Shown here piece by piece: positions 15,046-23,412 of a stretch of DNA of 32,201 nucleotides (within the stretch, counting starts at the first letter, position 1; each line of letters begins with the position of its first letter). The stretch is from Candidatus Aenigmatarchaeota archaeon. GTDB lineage: Archaea; Aenigmatarchaeota; Aenigmatarchaeia; CG10238-14; SpSt-28. The notes beneath the pieces were generated by a model, which worked only from the letters and a program-made list of their open reading frames with translations, was not told the DNA's origin and made no database searches. Made by a program: the position numbers and the translations under genes. Location: positions 1 through 32,201 of the forward strand of contig JANXEB010000044.1 of NCBI GenBank assembly GCA_025058985.1, in the 5' to 3' direction.

Positions 15046-15345
15046 ACTATCTACAGGGGGTGCAGGTGGTCTGACCGGAAGCATCTCTAAGTACGAAAGG
15101 AACGGAGATGCGGCACCTCTGGTGTACCGGCTGTTAATTGCATGCCGGGTAGCCACGTGCTTATGGATAAGTCCTGAAGGCATCTAAGGACGAAGCCATC
15201 CGGGAAAATAGACCACCGTCTTCTTACTACTGGCAACAGTAGTAAGAGGAGAAGAGCTGCTATAGACGATGGCGTTGATGGGGTGGTGGTGTACGTGTGG
15301 AGGTTTCGACCAACACACTTAGCCTACCACTCCCAATCGCTCAAT

Positions 15346-15382
15346 CACTAGACCCTTATAGTCAAATAACCCTATGACATCT
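15346..15382 (+). repeat. 3' strand of the 23S rRNA processing stem
   Basis: Perfect complement of 12005-12024 and 12030-12041 (see the 5' strand feature). Confidence 0.85.
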
Positions 15383-15413
15383 TTTTATAAGAAATTCCGT
15401 TCTCCAATTGGAG
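15382..15413 (+). terminator. Possible rRNA transcript terminator: T5 run followed by a 12-nt palindrome
   Basis: A TTTTT run at 15382-15386 lies immediately after the processing stem. ctccaattggag at 15402-15413 is a perfect palindrome. Archaeal termination at oligo-T is established; use of this particular site is inference. Confidence 0.3.
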
Positions 15414-15446
15414 CATAGATATTAGAAAAGATGATATTGAAAAACT

Positions 15447-15968
15447 TCAATAGTTCTGTTTTTTCACGATTTTACCTTTCTCACTAGGAATTATTTTTAA
15501 CATAGCGTTTTCAAAGTTAGTATAAAATTCTTTTCCTTCAAATATTCTGTCCAAGAAGACAGCTAAAGCAGCTATTTCAGAATGTGGTTGATTTGTTATA
15601 GATATATTCAAATCAACCATTTCATATACTTCTTTCGGAACCTTCTCAGAACCGACTATAATTAAAACTTTATTAAAAGACTTTATATAATCAATTTTTT
15701 CTAGCAAAGGTATTCCGTACATTGTTAAATGTATCTTCAATCCATCAAAATTTTTAATTAAACTTTTCCAATCTTTAATAAAAACTACACTAAAGTTACT
15801 TCCAAAGTTTTTATTAACTTTTTCTATATTCTTTTCTAATTTCTCATCTTTATTACCACAATAATACATTTGTTCTGTCAAAAAAGCTCTTGAAACTAGT
15901 GCACAGTGAGTAGTAATTCTTTTATCTCTTTCTGCTCTATGAAAAAGTCTTAATACGTATATTTTCAT
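15447..15968 (-). CDS. trm56: tRNA (cytidine56-2'-O)-methyltransferase, aTrm56 (SPOUT family)
   Basis: 173 aa. VLRLFHRAERDKRITTHCALVSRAF, LKIHLTMYG, IVGSEKVPKEVYE and ITNQPHSEIAALAVFLDR closely match the Pyrococcus aTrm56 pattern: [24 protein letters not shown] ... HLTMYG ... GAEKVPREVYE ... GNQPHSEVAALAVLLDR. Confidence 0.88.
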   Translation of the reverse strand: MKIYVLRLFHRAERDKRITTHCALVSRAFLTEQMYYCGNKDEKLEKNIEKVNKNFGSNFSVVFIKDWKSLIKNFDGLKIHLTMYGIPLLEKIDYIKSFNKVLIIVGSEKVPKEVYEMVDLNISITNQPHSEIAALAVFLDRIFEGKEFYTNFENAMLKIIPSEKGKIVKKQNY

Positions 15969-16004
15969 ATATTTATTTTTATTTTTTTAGAAGAAAACTA
16001 AATT

Positions 16005-16832
16005 ATGGCAGAAAGAAAACCAATTGATGAGTTTGTCTTTATATTAATGGCTGGTTTAGTTTTAATATCCATAATAATTGTTTATCAATATTCTCAAAAC
16101 CAAACAACTAATAACGTAACAAATTTAACAATAGCTAGAAACATTAAGATTTTTAATTTTGGGGATTTTGAGATATCTTACCAAATAGGAACCGAAAATA
16201 TAATAAAAAAAGAAAATATTAGAATTGAAAAAAGTATATTTTCAGAAAACTTCGTTGGTTATAGTTTCGAAATAAGCTCCGATAAATTAAAAATATTGCA
16301 AGCATCCAACCTTGAAGTTTCTGTGCATTCTACGAGTAAAAATGGTAAAATAATAATTAAAATAAATGGAAATGAAGCTGTTAATGAAGTTTTAGATAGC
16401 GGTACATACTTGTTTGAAGTATCTAAGTCTTTTTTACAAGAAAAAAATAAGATAGAAATATTGGTAGAAAAACTTCCGACATGGAAATTTTGGCAACCTG
16501 CCTTTTACGAAATATCGTTTAAATTTTATATAAACTATGCTGGCCAATCTTTTAAAGATTTTTCATTTACGCTAGAAGAAGATGATTTGAAAAAGTTTGA
16601 AAATGCCTTCATATCATTTAAAACTAGCGAAGAATCAGTAAAAAACGGAAAAGTGACTATCAGATTGAATGGTGGAAAAATATATAGTGATATACCACCA
16701 CTTCTAACAAACATAACAATAGACTTTGTTGGTAAGTTTAATAAAGGTAAAAATAAATTAGAATTTTCAACAGAACCAGGATCGGTTTATAAAATCGAAA
16801 ATTTAATAATAGTAATTAGTAAAAGGAGATAA
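16005..16832 (+). CDS. N-terminally anchored extracellular protein with an internal duplication, unknown function
   Basis: 275 aa with a TM segment (FVFILMAGLVLISIIIVY) and no Cys. It has two similar halves: SKNGKIIIKINGNEA...EKNKIEILVE and VKNGKVTIRLNGGKI...GKNKLEFSTE. It is convergent with the 935-aa gene, with a 7-nt gap. Confidence 0.6.
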   Translation: MAERKPIDEFVFILMAGLVLISIIIVYQYSQNQTTNNVTNLTIARNIKIFNFGDFEISYQIGTENIIKKENIRIEKSIFSENFVGYSFEISSDKLKILQASNLEVSVHSTSKNGKIIIKINGNEAVNEVLDSGTYLFEVSKSFLQEKNKIEILVEKLPTWKFWQPAFYEISFKFYINYAGQSFKDFSFTLEEDDLKKFENAFISFKTSEESVKNGKVTIRLNGGKIYSDIPPLLTNITIDFVGKFNKGKNKLEFSTEPGSVYKIENLIIVISKRR

Positions 16833-16839
16833 TATCTTT

Positions 16840-19647
16840 TTAGAATTGATTATTCGGCCATAAATCAGCACCTCCGAACCACCAACCACAAGCTTCTGCA
16901 GATGCGCCCATAACAAACAAAGTTATTGTACTACCAATTCCACCAGTAAGTAGTGTTAAAAATACTGGACCAACTAGACCCATAAGTTGACAAAAGCTTT
17001 TAGCTCTAGCCTCAATTTTATCTCCGTAAGGAATGCAATAATTTCTTGCGATTTGCAGATCATCTTTTAAACCTGGTATTTTCATTTCTTCAAAATATTT
17101 TTTCATAGATTCCTGATCCACATCTATAATTATCTGCTGTGCAGGACTATCTGTAGAGCCTAGAAGACTTGCTATTCCTGTCCATCCGGAAGAAGTACAC
17201 TCTGAAACAATAGTCTCCATACCATTGCTTAATACTTTGTAATTTATAGGTTCTATTTTATATGTTCCGTTAATCAATCCCCTTATAAAATCTTCTCTAT
17301 CTTTTATTTTACATTTATCTACTAATACTCTATACATACACTCCAATATACTTTTATCTTCTAGGCATTCGTTGTAACCTACTGAGTTTTCACAAATAGT
17401 AATATACGTTGTGATTTCTTCATTTTCAATGTACTGTATTTCCTTTTCTTTAACTTTAAAATACAATTTATCAGATTGATAAAACTTATCGCATTTAATG
17501 ATACTATCCTTAGTTTTTTTCACAATCAAATCTGTTTTACATGGAGAAACTAACCAAGCTCTACTATATGTATCCCTTAGTCCAAATGCTTCCATCTTTT
17601 CTAGCATTACCGTAACAAAAGAATTGCTAGGATTCTCTAAAGATATGTTAAACATATTATTCACTATCGAAGATGAAACATATAAGCACATTGAGTTTCC
17701 ACCACATCCATTATAAGGTTCTTCGTATGAGTTTGCTAAAAGTGAATAAATGGCGTCTATAGCTATAGCTGCAATGATGTAATCCGCGTAACAAATACCC
17801 TGCTTCCATTTACTCCATTCGTAACCACAAGTTATAATTCCAGAAGGAAATCCTAAAGGTATTCCTTCTACCGCTCCCAGAGTAGCTGCCGATACTCCGC
17901 TTATGTAATATTTCAACGTGCCGAAATATTGTTTTTCAAAAACATTTTCACCCACCTTTTCAATTGTTTCGTCAGCCCATTCCTTAAACGTAGTCCAAAA
18001 ACTCTTACCTATTTCTTCATAGTATTCTTTCATAGTTATTTCTCCAGACTCCTCCATAAACTTAAAGTTAAAAATTGTTCTTTTGACATTAAGATCTACA
18101 AATTCTTCTATTAATTTCTTAATTCTTTTAGCTTCTTTTTCAGGCATTTTCGATAAAACTTTTTCCAAGCTTGTTAATGTGCCTTTCTCATCAAGCAAGC
18201 TTTTAATAACCTTCTTGTTAAGGAACCAGCTAGCAAATTTTTTAAAATCTTCACTCTTCACAGCCGACTTTATTCTTTCTTTTACTATAGTCTTTTCTTT
18301 TTCTTCCAGTAAATTAAGTTTTACAACTCTTTTAGCTATGCTATTGTCTCCTGTTCTTTTAAAATCTGCCGCTAATTCGTTTTTAAGCTCCTTGGCAAAT
18401 GAAGCTAAATCATTATATCTTGGTTTTCCATCAACTATTTTAATTCCTCTAATCATAGATTCGGCAAACGCTTTTCTTGTTGTCTCATATCTTATTAAAG
18501 CATCTTCTGGTATAGATCCTACAATAACAGAAATTATTTCGTCTTCTGAAATTTTTTCTATATGACCGCCTTTATTTTTTATCAAATCATAAATCCCTCC
18601 TATTATTCTTTTTTCTATTGTTTCTGGTTGCATGGATTGATGCAGATAAACCATTGTTTTTATTTCCCTTTCTTCAAACAACTCTATTAATTTATCTACA
18701 ATAGCTTTCTCAACTATTTCGTCAACAGGACCTGTGTTTTTTATGGCAGAAATGAGTGCGAGATTCAAAAAATTTCTAGGAAGAAAACCCCTAGCTAAGG
18801 TTTTTAAGACTTCTTTCCACGCCTTTGGACTAAAAGCCATTTTGGGATTCAGAACGATTTTTTTCGTAGTATACCAAACAGATTTTAAGCCAGCCTTACT
18901 AATCGGTATGACATTTGTTACACCTCCCATTGCTATACTTGCAACTACCCATTCTAAGGGTTCATCTCTATTGCTCCACCAGTCCTCTGTTTTTGGTTCT
19001 AGCTTCTCGAACATAACAATATACTTTGGATGTTGAAAAGCTCTTATAAAACAGTTATACCAAAAAACCGGAGTAATTCCTATAGACGGTACACACCACT
19101 CAGTTGTTTTAATGTAAGTTTCTAAAAGAAAAGTCGAAAACATATTTATTACGGGAACTCTTATTATTGTTTCTGAAGTTATAGCTAATAAAAGTTTATC
19201 AAAAAACCAAACGCCAGTAGCGATTGATGGTTTTTGTAGTAGAGTAAAGCCAATTACCTTACATTTCATTTCCTTTTTATTACATTCTACGTTAACAACA
19301 TCTTTATAAATACTGGAACATCTATAATAAACCGTATTACCATTACTACCTATTTTTTCACAAGAAACCATAGAAAAATTTGGTAATAGTTTATACTCTC
19401 TCTCTACCTCTAGTTCCTCAAAGGTTATTTTTTTATAACATGTACTGACAGTTTCTTTTTCCGTCGAAACGAAATCTATAGCACAACTCAAAGCAGCTGT
19501 AGAAGTTAGTGCATAAGCGGTGTCTCTATCTATCGGATATGGTATCATCGGTATTTGTATTCTTAACGCAAGTAAAACAAGGTAAGAAAATATAGCGACG
19601 GTTATAATTCCAATAATTAAGTATACGAGATATGTAACAGTTGGCAT
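16840..19647 (-). CDS. Large (935 aa) polytopic membrane protein; last gene of the orphan operon
   Basis: Long ORF with an N-terminal TM (YLVYLIIGIITVAIFSYLVLLAL). By eye it has 22 Cys, confined to the N-terminal about 210 aa and the C-terminal about 330 aa. The central region of about 370 aa is Cys-free and Lys/Glu-rich. Hydrophobic segments flank that central region, and there is a C-terminal Gly-rich TM (LVGPVFLTLLTGGIGSTITLFVMGA). I recognise no family. Confidence 0.8.
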   Translation of the reverse strand: MPTVTYLVYLIIGIITVAIFSYLVLLALRIQIPMIPYPIDRDTAYALTSTAALSCAIDFVSTEKETVSTCYKKITFEELEVEREYKLLPNFSMVSCEKIGSNGNTVYYRCSSIYKDVVNVECNKKEMKCKVIGFTLLQKPSIATGVWFFDKLLLAITSETIIRVPVINMFSTFLLETYIKTTEWCVPSIGITPVFWYNCFIRAFQHPKYIVMFEKLEPKTEDWWSNRDEPLEWVVASIAMGGVTNVIPISKAGLKSVWYTTKKIVLNPKMAFSPKAWKEVLKTLARGFLPRNFLNLALISAIKNTGPVDEIVEKAIVDKLIELFEEREIKTMVYLHQSMQPETIEKRIIGGIYDLIKNKGGHIEKISEDEIISVIVGSIPEDALIRYETTRKAFAESMIRGIKIVDGKPRYNDLASFAKELKNELAADFKRTGDNSIAKRVVKLNLLEEKEKTIVKERIKSAVKSEDFKKFASWFLNKKVIKSLLDEKGTLTSLEKVLSKMPEKEAKRIKKLIEEFVDLNVKRTIFNFKFMEESGEITMKEYYEEIGKSFWTTFKEWADETIEKVGENVFEKQYFGTLKYYISGVSAATLGAVEGIPLGFPSGIITCGYEWSKWKQGICYADYIIAAIAIDAIYSLLANSYEEPYNGCGGNSMCLYVSSSIVNNMFNISLENPSNSFVTVMLEKMEAFGLRDTYSRAWLVSPCKTDLIVKKTKDSIIKCDKFYQSDKLYFKVKEKEIQYIENEEITTYITICENSVGYNECLEDKSILECMYRVLVDKCKIKDREDFIRGLINGTYKIEPINYKVLSNGMETIVSECTSSGWTGIASLLGSTDSPAQQIIIDVDQESMKKYFEEMKIPGLKDDLQIARNYCIPYGDKIEARAKSFCQLMGLVGPVFLTLLTGGIGSTITLFVMGASAEACGWWFGGADLWPNNQF

Positions 19648-19674
19648 ATAAATTTATTTTATTTTTAAAAAATA

Positions 19675-20580
19675 TTAGCAGTTGTAATTGTTTTCAATTC
19701 CTTTGGTAATAAAAAGCATTAGCGGAATACCTCTTGCCGATGATGTAGCCACAAACCTTAGAGAAGAACTTATTGAGGAGATCACGCAATCTTTACTTGA
19801 ACAATATCTGTAACATACTTCCTCTCCTTCTGGTGTCGTATAGCATGACGTTCTATAATAGTATTTTTCATAAAAAGTTACTCTAACATCAACAAACATA
19901 TCTTTAACCTCCACAAATGAATTTTTATTGCTATTCAATTTTGCTATTTCCTTAATCTTTTCTCTCATAGCTCTCTCTATCATGGTTTTTGCGTTAGAAT
20001 GGGGACAAGTATCTCTACATGAAAGTCCAGTATAAGTATATCTAAGGTAAAGAGTGCATATATTTTTCATTTCATAGTCTATCAAATCCAAAACTTTATA
20101 GAAAATATCTTTATAGACAAAATATTTTTCTTCTATACAAGCATTTAGATTAAACTTTTTTGTTATAGTTGGATTTTCAATATTAATTTCCAAACTAGAA
20201 GTACTGATACAAATGTCATTATTTTTTTCTTTATTTATTTTGTCTACTTTTACAGGTAATCCCGATAATTTAATCCTACTTTTTTCACTAAGCTTTACTA
20301 CATAATCATTTAAATAAATTTGTAATTTATTTTTGAAATCTTCGTATTGATTTGATCTTAATCTATAATAGTTAAAATCGGAATCATTCCACGCTCTTAT
20401 AGTTGATAAATGTAAGGATGCTTTCATAGACTTGTAAACACTCTCTATCATAAAAACTTTTTTCAAATTTTCGAAAACTATTAAATTGCTCCTATACATG
20501 TGATTTTGAAAAATTATTAAAGAAAAATAAATAGATAATACAACAAACAAAACTAAGAAAAACACTATCCAACTTTTCAT
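19675..20580 (-). CDS. N-terminally anchored Cys-rich protein (301 aa), operon gene 4
   Basis: The ORF track starts at 20607. The ATG at 20580 (MKSWIVFFLVLFVVLSIYF) gives a classic ATGA stop/start overlap with the upstream gene. It has 10 Cys, including TSCYTTPEGEEVCYRYCSSKDC. I recognise no family. Confidence 0.7.
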   Translation of the reverse strand: MKSWIVFFLVLFVVLSIYFSLIIFQNHMYRSNLIVFENLKKVFMIESVYKSMKASLHLSTIRAWNDSDFNYYRLRSNQYEDFKNKLQIYLNDYVVKLSEKSRIKLSGLPVKVDKINKEKNNDICISTSSLEINIENPTITKKFNLNACIEEKYFVYKDIFYKVLDLIDYEMKNICTLYLRYTYTGLSCRDTCPHSNAKTMIERAMREKIKEIAKLNSNKNSFVEVKDMFVDVRVTFYEKYYYRTSCYTTPEGEEVCYRYCSSKDCVISSISSSLRFVATSSARGIPLMLFITKGIENNYNC

Positions 20581-21155
20581 GGCATACGAACCAATGTTAA
20601 TTTCCAATCAGACGGTTGTAGAACAACATTAGTAAAAGCAAAAATCATACTACTCACTTCACCATTGAAAAGTGGGAAGAATATTATGTATCTCTCTATA
20701 ATGCTTTCTGTTTTACATTCCTTATACTCACTTATGTATTCGCCCTCACCAAAATTTATTCTTGCACAGACCAGAAGTGGCAGATTATTAGCAAAGTATT
20801 TTTTGAACAGACGAGAAAAAATGTTATCTTTTTTAATCCGATAATCATAGCTTGCAACGTAAATATATGGAACTTCTGCTTTACACGTGCAAACCTCTTT
20901 TTCACCAAAAACCTGACAATTTGAACTACAATAGCTTTCTTTTTCCTGTCCTCTATAGTATTCCTCTTTCCACTCGTATTCTATAGCTAGTGATAGAAAA
21001 AGTTCTGGAATGTTGTTGAAAGATATGTACTCGAACAAATCTAAATAAAAACTCTCCATTCTATACCTAAAGAATGTCAAGAAAGTAATTGTAATTATCA
21101 ATACTACCACTATCACTACGATACTTAACTTTTCCAAAAGAAATATTCCTTTCAT
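20577..21155 (-). CDS. N-terminally anchored Cys-rich protein (192 aa) with a prepilin-like N-terminus, operon gene 3
   Basis: It starts MKG-IFLLE-KLSIVVIVVVLIITITF, that is Gly followed by a hydrophobic segment with Glu at +5. It has 6 Cys (SYCSSNCQVFGEKEVCTC...). Its start forms an ATGA overlap with gene 2. Confidence 0.7.
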   Translation of the reverse strand: MKGIFLLEKLSIVVIVVVLIITITFLTFFRYRMESFYLDLFEYISFNNIPELFLSLAIEYEWKEEYYRGQEKESYCSSNCQVFGEKEVCTCKAEVPYIYVASYDYRIKKDNIFSRLFKKYFANNLPLLVCARINFGEGEYISEYKECKTESIIERYIIFFPLFNGEVSSMIFAFTNVVLQPSDWKLTLVRMP

Positions 21156-21877
21156 TTTTTAGGAACCTTCACAAATATTTTTTTCTCTGTTTTAAGAAAA
21201 TTAACTATTATCTCACTACATTCTTGAACCGCGTCGTACTTAATTATTTCTAACTTCAAACCACAATCTGTATAAGTTTGACATACGTTGTTTAAACAAA
21301 CTTTACCTTTGCCTATGCTAAGACTACGAAAGTCATTCAGCAATATTTTTATCCTCTTCTCGAACGATAAAGTCGATAAACAAGAATATGTTAAATAATA
21401 AGCTAACTGAGACAATGGTGTAACTAATGAAATTATTCTAACTCTAATTGGCTTGCAAAAAAATTCTTTTTCACAAATAGCGACATAACTTTCGAACATT
21501 GATTTCTTCAACATACCAGAATCGATATAACAAGAATTTTCCTTAAAAGCTTGAGTAATAAATGGGCCATCAAAGTTTGCTATATATCTGTTAACAGATT
21601 CGTTAGAAAAATTCACTACATAATTCAATTCATAGCTTTCTATTTTTTCTATTTCTCTATCGTTCCACTCATTGAAAAAACTCCTAGAAATTAACAGTCT
21701 ATCAATTAAGAAATTAGAAGAAGATATATAAGAATTTAATATAGAATAAGTTAGCAAAAATTGTTTAGAACTTACTATCTCAACTCTTAATTTAAAAAAA
21801 TTTCCACTAACTACTAGAAGCAATGCTACGACAATAGCCATTAAAAATACCCAAATCAAAATATCTCCTAACTCCAT
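21152..21877 (-). CDS. N-terminally anchored Cys-rich protein (241 aa), operon gene 2
   Basis: It starts MELGDILIWVFLMAIVVALLLVV. It has 8 Cys, including KVCLNNVCQTYTDC. It overlaps gene 1 by 10 nt. Confidence 0.7.
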   Translation of the reverse strand: MELGDILIWVFLMAIVVALLLVVSGNFFKLRVEIVSSKQFLLTYSILNSYISSSNFLIDRLLISRSFFNEWNDREIEKIESYELNYVVNFSNESVNRYIANFDGPFITQAFKENSCYIDSGMLKKSMFESYVAICEKEFFCKPIRVRIISLVTPLSQLAYYLTYSCLSTLSFEKRIKILLNDFRSLSIGKGKVCLNNVCQTYTDCGLKLEIIKYDAVQECSEIIVNFLKTEKKIFVKVPKK

Positions 21878-22251
21878 TTTTTTTCGATTAAAAAAACTAT
21901 TTCATTAGCACTCTCCTTTATTCGTACATTTAGTCGCTTTATTGGTATTGTTAAACAATCCTCGGTAGTTACTACAAACTGAGAATTTATACATAACATT
22001 GGAAAAAAATGGCTTACAGTATATTTAACATTTCCAGTATTTTCTATCCTATACTCATAATTAAAATTTGTCCTATAAAAAAGCGAAGAATATATCAATG
22101 ATAATAAAGTAGTTGTCTGCATATCACTAAACCTTAAGCCCAATATGTTGGAAATTTCCCCAGCAATTTGCATAGTTGTCATGATTATAACCAAGGTCAT
22201 TATTGTAAGGAAAATTAAGACAAATAGCTTTTTTGCTGCAAATTCTCCCAT
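21868..22251 (-). CDS. N-terminally anchored small protein (127 aa), operon gene 1
   Basis: It starts MGEFAAKKLFVLIFLTIMTLVIIMTT. It has 2 Cys. It is the first ORF after a 64-nt divergent spacer shared with the recombinase gene. Confidence 0.6.
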   Translation of the reverse strand: MGEFAAKKLFVLIFLTIMTLVIIMTTMQIAGEISNILGLRFSDMQTTTLLSLIYSSLFYRTNFNYEYRIENTGNVKYTVSHFFPMLCINSQFVVTTEDCLTIPIKRLNVRIKESANEIVFLIEKKWS

Positions 22252-22315
22252 AATTTTATTTACACAGAAAGAAAAATATTTAGTAAAATAAATTTTTTTT
22301 ATCTAAAAATATGTT

Positions 22316-23212
22316 GTGTTAGAAAAATTTGAAAGTTTTAGAAATTTATGCGGTGAAATAGATTTATTAACAAGAAGTGAAAACACAAAAAAAACTTATG
22401 AAAAAGGTTTAATGGCTTTCATGAAAATTTTTGAAATAGATGACCTGGACAAATTTATAAATAAAGTTAGAAATGGTGAAATAATACCAAATGAAGTATA
22501 TAAACAGTTTCTTCTAAACCTAGCGAAAAAACAAACAGCTCCAAAAACTATATTAACTTGGTCTTCCGCTTTAAAAAAATTCTTTGAAGCAAATTCTATA
22601 AAAATAGATGAAAAAATAAGAATTAAAGTTTTTAATATTCATGAAGATCACCTTATCTCAAAAGAAGAACTTAGGTTTATTGTTAACAATGTTAATATAA
22701 GAACACAATCTATTATTCTAATTTTATCTTCTTCTGGTTTAAGAATAGACGAACTTAGAAATTTAAAAATAGGAGATGTTGATTTGAAATCAGAACCAGC
22801 AGTAATAAAAGTTAGAGGAAGTTTAGCAAAAGAAAGAAAACCAAGAGTAACCTTCATTTCAAAACAAGCAAAAGAAGTTTTGCTAAAATATTTAAGTACT
22901 AGAAAAAATGTAGACAATGATTCTTATCTAATTACAAGCAGGGAAGAAAAACAATTAAGCTATTCACAAATTCAATACATAATTAACAAAGCTTTTAAAC
23001 TAATTGCAAAAAAAGAAGGTAAAAGATATAACTTACATGCACATGTTTTAAGAAAGTTTTTTAAAACCAACATGATAGCTGCAGGTGTACCTGCTCCAAT
23101 AGTCGATAGATTAATGGGACATAAAAGATACCTTAGTGAAGAATATGAACTCTATACTTTTGATCAATTAAAAGAATGGTACTTAAAAGGAGAAGCAAAT
23201 TTAACATTATGA
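22316..23212 (+). CDS. Tyrosine recombinase / integrase (XerA-like)
   Basis: 298 aa with a GTG start. It has an N-terminal SAM-like core-binding domain (TKKTYEKGLMAFMK). The catalytic-domain pattern is SSGLRIDELRNLKIGDV ... HAHVLRKFF ... LMGHKRYLSEEYELY, matching R...HxxR...Y. Confidence 0.8.
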   Translation: MLEKFESFRNLCGEIDLLTRSENTKKTYEKGLMAFMKIFEIDDLDKFINKVRNGEIIPNEVYKQFLLNLAKKQTAPKTILTWSSALKKFFEANSIKIDEKIRIKVFNIHEDHLISKEELRFIVNNVNIRTQSIILILSSSGLRIDELRNLKIGDVDLKSEPAVIKVRGSLAKERKPRVTFISKQAKEVLLKYLSTRKNVDNDSYLITSREEKQLSYSQIQYIINKAFKLIAKKEGKRYNLHAHVLRKFFKTNMIAAGVPAPIVDRLMGHKRYLSEEYELYTFDQLKEWYLKGEANLTL

Positions 23213-23412
23213 GGAGAAAAAGAAGAATAAGTTTATTTTCAAGAATGATTTCTATGCTACTAGTAATAGTTGGCTTTTCTTTAATAACAGTAGTAGTATT
23301 TTTACACTCCTCAACAATAGAAGAAATCGAACTGAAAATAAAAATTTTATCAGTAATAGTTGGTAGCTTATATATAATGTTCTCTCTGCTTATTTTTAAA
23401 CAACAACAATAG
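23209..23412 (+). CDS. Small two-TM membrane protein (67 aa), hypothetical
   Basis: The ATG at 23209 forms an ATGA overlap with the recombinase stop. The sequence is MRRKRRISLFSRMISMLLVIVGFSLITVVVF...VIVGSLYIMFSLLIF. Its 3' end overlaps the leuS 3' end by 17 nt. Confidence 0.35.
   Translation: MRRKRRISLFSRMISMLLVIVGFSLITVVVFLHSSTIEEIELKIKILSVIVGSLYIMFSLLIFKQQQ

Noticed and set aside
20581-20607. An upstream ATG at 20607 for operon gene 4 (MEINIGSYA...), which gives a 31-nt overlap with gene 3.
   Set aside because: The ATG at 20580 yields a canonical ATGA overlap and a protein that begins directly with the Lys-plus-hydrophobic anchor, like its neighbours. The longer form cannot be excluded.
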